A stretch of 64,000 nt of DNA. Origin: an uncultured delta proteobacterium (lineage in GTDB: Bacteria; Desulfobacterota; Binatia; JACPRU01). The stretch's first letter is position 1, and every line of letters begins with the position of its first letter. The notes beneath the pieces were generated by a model. That model was given only the letters and a program-made list of their open reading frames with translations. It had not been told where the DNA came from and made no database searches. Shown here one piece after another: positions 56,131 through 64,000 of this stretch. The stretch spans positions 928,001-992,000 of the forward strand of contig CAVUWD010000016.1 in the NCBI GenBank assembly GCA_963745025.1, read 5' to 3'. Both the position numbers and the translations under genes were made by a program.

Positions 56131-57171
56131 ATGCGCCGCCTGCAACTGTTGCTACTCCTGTTCGGCGTCGGCCTCTTCGTCTTCGTCGTGCAGAAGGCCG
56201 GGGTTGCGAGGGTCTTCCATGGCCTGCGCTCGGTGGGTTGGTGGTTCGTGGCGGTCTTCGCGCTCGAGCTGGTGATCGACGTCCTGCACAGCGAGGCCTG
56301 GCGCTGGTGCCTGCCCGGCGGGGTTCGCGAAGTGTCTCGCTTCGACACGCTGCTCGCGCGAACCGCGGGTGTCGCGGTCAACGTGCTGACGCCGACCGCG
56401 ACCGTCGGGGGCGAGGTCGTCAAGGGCATGCTGCTGCGCCGCTGGGTTCCGCTCGCCGACGGTTTCGCGTCGGTGATGGTCGACAAGCTCACATTCGCGC
56501 TCGGCCAGGCGATCTTTCTCTCGACCGGCATGCTCGCGGTATTCACGGGTCTCTCCTTCGACGTCAAGGAGGAGGCGCTTGCGCTCGGCGCGTTCGCGCT
56601 CTGGATCGCGGCCGTCGTTGCCTTCTTCGCGCTGCAGCGCGCAGGCATCTTTCGAGTCGGCCTCGGCGTCGTGCGGACGATTTTCGGCGGCTCCGCGCTC
56701 CTCGAACGCCTGCCCGGCCATGCCGCGACCTTCGATACCAAGGTGGCGATGTTTCTGCGCACTCGCCACCGCGAGCTTGCCGCTTCAGTCGGGCTTCACC
56801 TGCTCGCGCAATTCGCACGGGTCCCGCAGTACTACCTCGTGATGTCGGCACTCGGCCTCCACCCGACGGCCGCGACGTGCTTCACGACGGCGTCTGGACT
56901 GGTCTTCATGGAGGCGACCCTGTTCCTGATCCCGGCCAAGCTCGGCGTCTTCGAGGGCGGCAACGCGCTCATCTTCTCGCGCCTCGGCTACGGCGTGGCC
57001 GATGGCATCATCGTTTCCTTCACGCTGCGTCTGTCGGAGCTCGCCTCCGCCCTGCTCGGGCTTGCCGCCCTCGCCTACCTCCACTTCCGTCCGCAAGAGC
57101 GGGCGCCGGGATTCGGGCTTCAGGATTCGGCAGAGGATTCCTCCGGGTCTTTGCCGAAGCCTGAAGGCTGA
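56131..57171 (+). CDS. Lysylphosphatidylglycerol synthase TM / flippase-like protein (UPF0104)
   Basis: Multi-TM protein; AWRW, VNVLTPTATVGGEVVK and IPAKLGVFEGG motifs. Confidence 0.78.
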   Translation: MRRLQLLLLLFGVGLFVFVVQKAGVARVFHGLRSVGWWFVAVFALELVIDVLHSEAWRWCLPGGVREVSRFDTLLARTAGVAVNVLTPTATVGGEVVKGMLLRRWVPLADGFASVMVDKLTFALGQAIFLSTGMLAVFTGLSFDVKEEALALGAFALWIAAVVAFFALQRAGIFRVGLGVVRTIFGGSALLERLPGHAATFDTKVAMFLRTRHRELAASVGLHLLAQFARVPQYYLVMSALGLHPTAATCFTTASGLVFMEATLFLIPAKLGVFEGGNALIFSRLGYGVADGIIVSFTLRLSELASALLGLAALAYLHFRPQERAPGFGLQDSAEDSSGSLPKPEG

Positions 57172-57210
57172 AGCCTTTCGCCCGAAGGCCGAAGCCTGCG
57201 GCTGGAGGCC
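57109..57210. repeat. Inverted heptamer-array element, copy 5
   Basis: GGATTCG GGCTTCA GGATTCG GCA ... TGCCGAAG CCTGAAG GCTGAAG CC ... CCCGAAG GCCGAAG CC. Confidence 0.7.
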
Positions 57211-58607
57211 TATTCCGATGGCTTTCGCAACCGCTTGTAGAGCGTCTTCGGATCGATCCCGAGCAGGCGCGCCGCCTGGCTCTTGTTGCCACTGCAACGC
57301 TCGAGCGCGTACAGAACGTACTCGTCGGTCACTTGCTCGAGCTTCAGGATCGGCCGCTCGTCCCAAGCGGTTCCTCGCTTGGGACGAGCGGAGCGCACGT
57401 TGAGCGGCAAATCGTCGACCTGCACTTCCTCGCCCGCCGAGAGAATCCGCAACGCGTAGACGCAGTTCTTCAACTCGCGCACGTTGCCCGGCCAGCGATA
57501 GGCGGCGAGCGCCGCCACTGCCTCCGTGGAAATGCCCTTCACCCGGGGGTTCTTTCCGGCGCCCTCGAGGAGGAAATGGCGCACCAGCGGCTCGATGTCC
57601 TCACTGCGTTCGCGTAGGGGCGGAATGTGCAGCGGCACTCCGTTCAGCCGGTAGTAGAGATCCTCGCGAAACCTCCCGGCGGGAACTTCCGCGGCGAGGT
57701 CCTTGTTCGTCGCCGCCACCACGCGTACGTTTACCCGCGTCGTGCGGTTCTCGCCGACGCGGCGGATCTCCCCCGATTCGAGCGTGCGCAGGAGCTTCGA
57801 CTGGACCGCCGGGCTCATCTCGCCGATCTCGTCCAGGAAGAGCGTCCCGCCGTCCGCTGCTTCCACCAGTCCGAGGCGGCGCTCGACGGCGCCGGTGAAC
57901 GCTCCGCGTTGATGGCCGAAGAGCTCGCTCTCGAAAAGCGCGTCGGGAATGGCGCTGCAGTTGATGACCACGAAGGGCTTCGCGCGGCGCGCGGAGAGAC
58001 CGTGAATGAGACGGGCGACGAGCTCCTTTCCGGTGCCGCTCTCCCCCTGGATGAGGACCGCCGAGTCCGCCGGCGCGACTCGCTCGATGCGGGCGAGCAG
58101 CGCCTGCATGCTCGCGCTATTCGCGACCAGGGTCGCGCTCCCCGCCTCGCCGCACACCAGTCGCTTGAGCGCGGCGTTCTCGCGCCGCAGCGCCCGGTGC
58201 TCCACGGCCCGCCACAGCACCGCCGAGAGCTCGGAGAGCCGGCACGGCTTGGTGAGGTAGTCGTACGCGCCGGCCCGCATCCCGGCCACCGCACCCTCGA
58301 TCGTGCCGTGACCGGTCAGCAGCACCACCTCGGTGCCGGGGGTTTCCTGCCGCAGCCGTTTCAGCGTCTCGACTCCGTCCATGCCGGGCATCAGGATGTC
58401 GACGACGGCGACGGAGAAGTCCTCGCTCTGCGCGCGCTCGATGCCCTCTTCCCCGGAGCCCGCGGTGGTCACGTGAAAGCCGAGACGGGGGAGCTCGCGA
58501 GCCAGCATGGCACGCATCATTTCCTCGTCGTCGACGACGAGCACGTGGGGCGGGGGCGCCGAAGACGTCACCGCGTCGCGATCGGGCGAAGCGCTCGGTT
58601 CAGGCAT
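57210..58607 (-). CDS. Sigma54-dependent response regulator (NtrC/AtoC family)
   Basis: Receiver domain; [28 protein letters not shown] and WPGNVREL; Fis-type HTH. Confidence 0.95.
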   Translation of the reverse strand: MPEPSASPDRDAVTSSAPPPHVLVVDDEEMMRAMLARELPRLGFHVTTAGSGEEGIERAQSEDFSVAVVDILMPGMDGVETLKRLRQETPGTEVVLLTGHGTIEGAVAGMRAGAYDYLTKPCRLSELSAVLWRAVEHRALRRENAALKRLVCGEAGSATLVANSASMQALLARIERVAPADSAVLIQGESGTGKELVARLIHGLSARRAKPFVVINCSAIPDALFESELFGHQRGAFTGAVERRLGLVEAADGGTLFLDEIGEMSPAVQSKLLRTLESGEIRRVGENRTTRVNVRVVAATNKDLAAEVPAGRFREDLYYRLNGVPLHIPPLRERSEDIEPLVRHFLLEGAGKNPRVKGISTEAVAALAAYRWPGNVRELKNCVYALRILSAGEEVQVDDLPLNVRSARPKRGTAWDERPILKLEQVTDEYVLYALERCSGNKSQAARLLGIDPKTLYKRLRKPSE

Positions 58608-60552
58608 GGACACGAACCTCACTTCGAGGCGACAGGGTCAAGCGGATCACGAACTCGCACCCCACGCCGACCGCGGATTCCCTGAGCTCGATCTCGCCGT
58701 CGTTTTCTCTCACCAGATCATGACAGAGCGCAAGCCCGAGACCCGTGCCCTTTTCGGGCGGCTTCGTCGAGAAGAACGGCTCGAAGATCCTGTCGCGGAG
58801 CTCCTCGGGAATACCGTCGCCGTTGTCCCGCACCGCGATCTCCGCCACGCCGTCGAGGGCGCGGGTTGCGATCCGCACCCATCCACCCCGCTCCACTGCG
58901 TCGAGCCCGTTCATCGCAAGGTTCAGTAAGACTTGCTTCAGTTGCTCCGGGTCCGCCTCGACCCACGCGCCGGTCGGGCTCAGATCCCCGCGGAGATCCT
59001 TCCCCTCGCTACGAGTGTGATTCGCGAGCAACTCGATCACCTGACGGGCGATCGCGTTGACGTCGATCCGCTGCTTCTCGGGCGCACGGCTGCGCGCGAA
59101 GTGCAGGAACCGCTGGACGATGGTCTTCAGGCGATCGACCTCCTGCCCGATCAGGCGCAGGTATTCCGGAAAGTCGCGGAACGCGGGCTCGGCCGCGAGC
59201 GTCGGGGCGCGGCTACGATCGAGAAGGCCTTCGGCAAAACCGGCGAGTATGCCGAGGGGGTTGTTGATCTCGTGCGCCACCCCCGCAGCGAGTCGGCCGA
59301 CGGCCGCCATGCGATCCTGGAGGATGAGCATCTTCTGAGCTTCGGCCAACTCGTGCGTTCGCTCCTCGACCTTCCGCTCGAGCGCGTCGTTCCACTGGCG
59401 GAGCGTCTCGAGCAACGTCCGGTTTTCCGCCAGCGCGCGCTCGAGCGCTGCGGTACGGTCCCCGACCATCTGCTCGAGGTGCTCGGTCAGCCGATGCAGC
59501 TCCTCGATACGGGTCTTCAGCGACTGGCGCATCGCCTCGAAGGCTCGCGTGAGCTCCTCGATCTCGCTCGAGCCCGCCGGGGCCGGCAAGCGGAAATCGT
59601 AGTTGCCGCCGCCGAGCTGGCGGGACGCCGCCGCCAGCTTGGTGAGCGGTCGGGCGATCGAGCGGCTGACGAAGAAGCCGATGCCGAGCGCGCCGCCCAA
59701 GGCGACCGCGGCGATGAACGCCAGCTGTCGCTCCAGCGCGCGGAGCTCCGTCGCCTCTCCCTTGAGAGATCGTAGGATCGCGTACCACGCGATCGGGGCC
59801 CCGTCGATGTCCGAGAACGGACTGACGACGATCGCTGGAACTCCGCTCGCGAGATCGACCGTTCCATAGACGGCGCGATTGTCGTGGATTCGGCCGGAGA
59901 GTTGCTCCACCGCTCGAATCTCGCCTGGCTCGAGCGGCCGCGAGGAGGCGACGACGTTGGAGCCGACCAAGAACGCGATGTCCTGGCCGGAAAGCAGCGA
60001 CAGCTGCTGGGCGAAGTTGCCGTCCACCCGATAACCAACCGAAATCGTGCCCGCGAGCCCGGTCGCCAATCGCACCGGCACCGACACCATCGCGTAGAGC
60101 CGCCCGTCCTGCACCCACATCGTGCTCGCGCGCTCGCCGCGGAGCGCACGCGCCACCGCGGTCGTCTCGCGAAACGTCTCGCCGACCTCCCAACGGCGAT
60201 CCGTGCGGGCGAGGATCACGCCCATCCGGTCGGTCACGATCACCACCTCCGAGCCGATCAGCTGGTTGATTCGCTGGCAGGCGTACTCGAGCCGCCCCGG
60301 ATCGGTAACTTCCAGCGGCTGGTAGAAGACGCCGAGCTCCGCCACGAGCGTCGCCGCCGTGATCAACCCCTCGGCGCGCGTGAGGAGCAGCTCCTCGAAC
60401 ACGCGCCGCGACGTTTCGAGCTGCTCCCGCGCCGCCGCCTGCACCCGGCTGTTCATGTGCAGATCGACGAGCCAGAACGCTCCGAGCAGGGCGACGGCCA
60501 CCAACGGCCCGAAGTAGCCGAGAATCTTCGCCTGAAGACGAACCCTGCGCAC
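58600..60552 (-). CDS. Sensor histidine kinase (Cache-like periplasmic domain, HAMP)
   Basis: Two TM helices; AHEINNPL H-box; [20 protein letters not shown] and GTGLGL boxes. Confidence 0.93.
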   Translation of the reverse strand: MRRVRLQAKILGYFGPLVAVALLGAFWLVDLHMNSRVQAAAREQLETSRRVFEELLLTRAEGLITAATLVAELGVFYQPLEVTDPGRLEYACQRINQLIGSEVVIVTDRMGVILARTDRRWEVGETFRETTAVARALRGERASTMWVQDGRLYAMVSVPVRLATGLAGTISVGYRVDGNFAQQLSLLSGQDIAFLVGSNVVASSRPLEPGEIRAVEQLSGRIHDNRAVYGTVDLASGVPAIVVSPFSDIDGAPIAWYAILRSLKGEATELRALERQLAFIAAVALGGALGIGFFVSRSIARPLTKLAAASRQLGGGNYDFRLPAPAGSSEIEELTRAFEAMRQSLKTRIEELHRLTEHLEQMVGDRTAALERALAENRTLLETLRQWNDALERKVEERTHELAEAQKMLILQDRMAAVGRLAAGVAHEINNPLGILAGFAEGLLDRSRAPTLAAEPAFRDFPEYLRLIGQEVDRLKTIVQRFLHFARSRAPEKQRIDVNAIARQVIELLANHTRSEGKDLRGDLSPTGAWVEADPEQLKQVLLNLAMNGLDAVERGGWVRIATRALDGVAEIAVRDNGDGIPEELRDRIFEPFFSTKPPEKGTGLGLALCHDLVRENDGEIELRESAVGVGCEFVIRLTLSPRSEVRVHA

Positions 60553-60560
60553 TCGCGCCG

Positions 60561-60589
60561 AGTATAGGCGCCGTGGTTAGGGTCGGCAA
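60561..60589 (-). promoter_or_regulatory. Sigma70 promoter for the histidine kinase, likely leaderless mRNA
   Basis: TTGCCG-17 bp-TATACT; the -10 ends 8 nt before the GTG start. Confidence 0.6.
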
Positions 60590-60755
60590 TTCAAAGGCGG
60601 ACAGCCGCCCGCTCGGCCCATGGGATCGGCCTCTCGGTCCTCGGCCGGGCGGGCGCTCGACAGCATCCGCTCGCCCGGCATCCGACATGAGCCCGAAACG
60701 ACCGAACCGATGAAAAACCGCTGGCGCATAAGGTCGACGTACAGCGGCTCGGAGG

Positions 60756-63129
60756 CTAAGCGACGACCCCCGCGTGATCGCTCCCCGCTCGACGCCCGAG
60801 AAACCGCGGCACGAACATCACCAGGCAAGCAGGCAAGAGCGTGACGCTTGCCAGGAAGCTCACCGCCATCCACAGCGCCAGCAGCAAACCCATCTCCGCA
60901 TCGAAGCGGATGCTCGAAAAGGTCCAGAAGAGGATGCCCGCGATCATCGTCAGCGCCGTGAAGGTCACGGCTTTGCCGGCCGTCCGCAGCGCCGCGAGCG
61001 TCGCCGCTTCGACGGAATCTGCGGCGCCGAGCTCTTCGCGCACGCGGCTCACCACGTAGAACGCGAAGTCGATGCCGAAGCCGACGCCAACGGTAATCGA
61101 CCGGCAGCGTCTGCACGTTGATGCCGATGCCGCGCACGCCCATGTACGCGTTGACCACCTCGTTGGCGATCAGCAGCGGCACGATCATGTAGATCCCGGC
61201 GACCACCGACCAGTAGGTGAGACAGACGACGACGAAGATCGTCACGTAGCCGACCACGTTCAGCGTCACGTCGTTTCGCACCATCTCCTCGTTCGCCGCC
61301 GCGAGCACGCCGATCAGTCCGCCGGCCAGCCGGAAGCGGGCATCCTGGAGCGGGTTCTCCGCGATGAACTGCTGAGCGCGCGCGATGATGCGCCGGATCG
61401 TCGGCCCGCGGTGATTCTTGCAATAGAAGAAGAGCGCGGTGTTGTTGAAGTTCGGCTCCATGAAGCGCGCGGTCTCGGCGTACGACGTGCCTTGGAAGAA
61501 CGCGCCGAAGAGAAAGCCCACGGTCGTCGCCTCCGTGGGGACGACGCCCCACCGCGGCTCGCCCTCGTGCACGAACGTTGCCATCGTCGTGATCACGTCG
61601 ACGAACGAGAAGCTCGCTCCCACCTCCGGATCGCGCTCGAGGAAGCGCTGGAACCTCTCGAAGGTCTTCACGTTGCCGGGGATGCGCATCGCCCCCGGTT
61701 TCTGGGCCTCGACGACGATGATCAGCGGTTCGATCCCGCCGAACTCTTCCTGGATCTGGCTGTGCGCGAAGTTGTACGGCGAATCGCGCTGCAGGAGCGG
61801 CGTCACGGCCTCTGAATCGCCGACCACGAGCCGTGTCCAAAAGAACGGGCTCGCCACCATCACCACCACCCACACGACGAGGCTCACCCGCCTGCCCATC
61901 GGCGAGACGACTGCGTGCGCGGCCGCATCGACCCAGCGCTGGAACAGACCGTGCTCGCGCGACTCGACCATCTCCCGCTCGGGCGGGTTCAGGTAGAAGT
62001 AGACGACCGGGTTCAAGAAAAGCTCGCTGACCACGATCGCCGCGATCCAGAACGACGCCGTGAGCGCCAGCTTTTGCAGCAGCACGATCGGAACGAGCAG
62101 GATCGCGAGCACGCCGAGCGCGTCGGTCAGAATGCCGGAAAGCGTCGGCACGAAAAGCGCCGCGAAGGAGCGGACGATCGCTTCCTCCTTTTGCCATCCG
62201 CAGCGGCGGTACTCTTCGTAGTACCGTTCGTGCATCTGTGCCGAGTGGCTGACCGCGCGCGCGGTGATGAAGAACGGGATCACCAGCGTCAGTGGGTCGA
62301 GCGAAAAGCCGATCAGGTGAATGAATCCGAGGCCCCAGATCCCCGAGATCACGCCGGAGATGGTCGGCCGAAGCGCTCCCTTCCAGTCGCGAAAGTAGAG
62401 GTAGAGGAGCATCCATGCGACGACCGAGGTCGCCAGAAGAATCCAGTACACCTGCCCGGCGTATTGATAGACCCATCCGTAGAGCTGTGGCTCGCCGGCG
62501 ACGAGAATCTCCGTGTTCGCGTCGGCGAAGGGTTTGACGATGCGGGTCTGGATCTCCTCGAAGAGCTTGCGCTGGTCGATGATGTTCTCGAGAAAGCTCG
62601 CGCGGATCAGCGCCGCGCGATTGTCGATCGACACCAGAACCCCGTAGAGGTTCTGCGAAGCGTGCACGATGCGGCGCACCTTATCGACGTCGGCCTGGGT
62701 CTTCGCACCGCCCATCATGACGGGCTGCATCTCCATCAGCCCGCCGGCGGACACGCGCAGCGTCCGATTCGTACGGTGCGCCAGCGACTCGATCTGGTAG
62801 TGGTTGACGCCGTAGATCTTGTCGAGCTCCTGGGTCATCGACCAGATCTTGTCGAGCGTCTTGATGTTGAAGATGTCGCCCTCCCGGACGCGCAGCATGA
62901 TCAACACGGTATTCGCCCCGCCGAACGTCTGGGCGAACTGCCGGTGGACCGCGATGAAGGGATGCGTCGACGGCAGCAGCTCGTCGAAGCGACTCTGAAG
63001 TCGGAGTTGCGCCGCGTGGTAGCCGAAGAATGCGGTGAGGACGGCGATCAGCGCGAGCGCCGCCACGCGCCAGCGAATCAGAGCCCGTCCCAGCGAGACG
63101 AGCCGGCCTGCCTGCAGGTTGTCGCTCAT
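60756..63129 (-). CDS. MMPL/RND family transporter, frameshifted near 61098
   Basis: Two-fold MMPL repeat; removing one base restores TLPVITVGVGFGIDFAFYVVSRVREE and the final TM helices ending at 60756. Confidence 0.85.
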
Positions 63130-64000
63130 GATCCCTCCCTCTTGCCGGCCCTCTCTTGCTCGATCCGCTGCTGCACGCGATCGAGTTCCGCCATTTTCGG
63201 CTCGAGCGCCCGCAGCCGAGCCAGCGCATCGAGCGCGTCCGCGTAGCGGCCGCTCTGTTCGTAGGCGAAGACGAGGTTCGACTGGTAGTTGACGTCGTTC
63301 GGGCGCGCCTCGGCGGCCCGCTCCAGGTACGGTACGGCGTCCTTCCAGCGCTTGAGGCGCAGGAACGTGGCGCCGAGCAGCTGGTTCAGAAACGGGTCGT
63401 CGGGATGAAGCTGCTCGGCGTAGTAGAAGATCTCGACGTAGCGCTCGAGGTCGTGGCGCTCGAGAATCTTCGTGTAGTCCTCGCTGATCCGACGCAGCAG
63501 ATCGGCCTGCATCGTCTCGAGCGCGACTTCGACGTCCGCATCGCGCGGCGCCAAGCCGCGCGCGCCCTCCAGCTTGACGAGCGCCGCGAAGGTCGCCTCG
63601 AGCGTCGGCTGGCGGCGCTCGAGCTGCGCCTCGAGGAGCTCTCTTCGCGCCTCGAAGACCGCCGGGGCGAGTCCGGTGCGCCGCGCCAGCGCCGAGGGAT
63701 CGAGCCCCTTCACCAGGGCGGCGAGGTCCAACGGAAACGTCTCCGCGATCCCGATCCGCCGGAGCTCCGCAAATTCGACCGACGCCCGATCGTCCGTCAA
63801 TACGTCGGCCTGCGCCGTCAGCCGGTCGACCGCCGGCCCGTCGAGCACTAGGTATTTGAGCAGATCCTCGCCGCGCTCGATGCCGTAAGGCTTCAGGTCT
63901 TCGGCGATCTTCGCGTCCTTGCGGATCCGCTCGGTCAGCACGTCCGCATCCAGGGAGAGCGGGCTCGCGGCGCCGATCAAAACGCAGTAGCGGTTGGCGA
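63126..64000 (-). CDS. C-terminal part of a TPR protein, probably a fused spermidine-synthase-like protein (5' end outside window)
   Basis: VLTDDRASVEF resembles the C-terminus of SpeE-like fusion proteins; TPR-like helices follow; ATGA overlap with the MMPL gene. Confidence 0.55.
   Translation of the reverse strand, partial: ANRYCVLIGAASPLSLDADVLTERIRKDAKIAEDLKPYGIERGEDLLKYLVLDGPAVDRLTAQADVLTDDRASVEFAELRRIGIAETFPLDLAALVKGLDPSALARRTGLAPAVFEARRELLEAQLERRQPTLEATFAALVKLEGARGLAPRDADVEVALETMQADLLRRISEDYTKILERHDLERYVEIFYYAEQLHPDDPFLNQLLGATFLRLKRWKDAVPYLERAAEARPNDVNYQSNLVFAYEQSGRYADALDALARLRALEPKMAELDRVQQRIEQERAGKREGS

Noticed and set aside
60577-61097. Arg-rich C-terminus of the 850-aa MMPL ORF
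   Set aside because: Product of the frameshift near 61098; the hydrophobic C-terminus lies in the frame ending at 60756.
1-64000. Prophage, transposase, defence system, tRNA or rRNA genes
   Set aside because: No integrase, transposase, phage structural, nuclease/methylase or structural RNA signatures recognised; mazG here looks like the housekeeping two-domain type.

Overview
High-GC, gene-dense chromosomal backbone of a diderm bacterium. The gene content (sirC-ccsA-hemA-hemC-cobA/hemD-hemB, DUF1844, Gld-like ABC, MCE system, MMPL) looks deltaproteobacterial, e.g. Binatota-like, but this placement is inference. About 65 CDS, mostly housekeeping: purMN, hem cluster, hisC, rpsT, greA, mazG, dinB, mutM, rsmA, tsaD, PBP1, DegP, HtpX, cysK-larE, acs, mlaEFD, msrP and an NtrC-type two-component system. 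I saw no rRNA, tRNA, transposase, phage gene or genuine CRISPR array. Most notable observations: (1) a 66-bp-period repeat family with one tandem pair inserted in frame in mutM and a homologous pair between dinB and a LysM transglycosylase gene; (2) five inverted heptamer (GGCTACC-type) repeat elements at gene 3' ends, four of them partly translated as C-terminal tails; (3) a long rod-like hairpin between purM and purN whose mismatches are G-U on the mRNA strand; (4) an mlaEFD system led by an unknown lipoprotein built of aromatic xP(F/L)(F/Y/W) repeats, with no mlaA/B/C in the window; (5) a hybrid kinase with DHp and receiver domains but no ATP-binding domain; (6) a glutaredoxin/ECF sigma/ZAS anti-sigma/DUF547/glycosyltransferase cluster. 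Three clear frameshifts (anti-sigma, M48-TPR protease, MMPL) are most simply sequencing or assembly indels. All family assignments come from motif recognition, not database searches.
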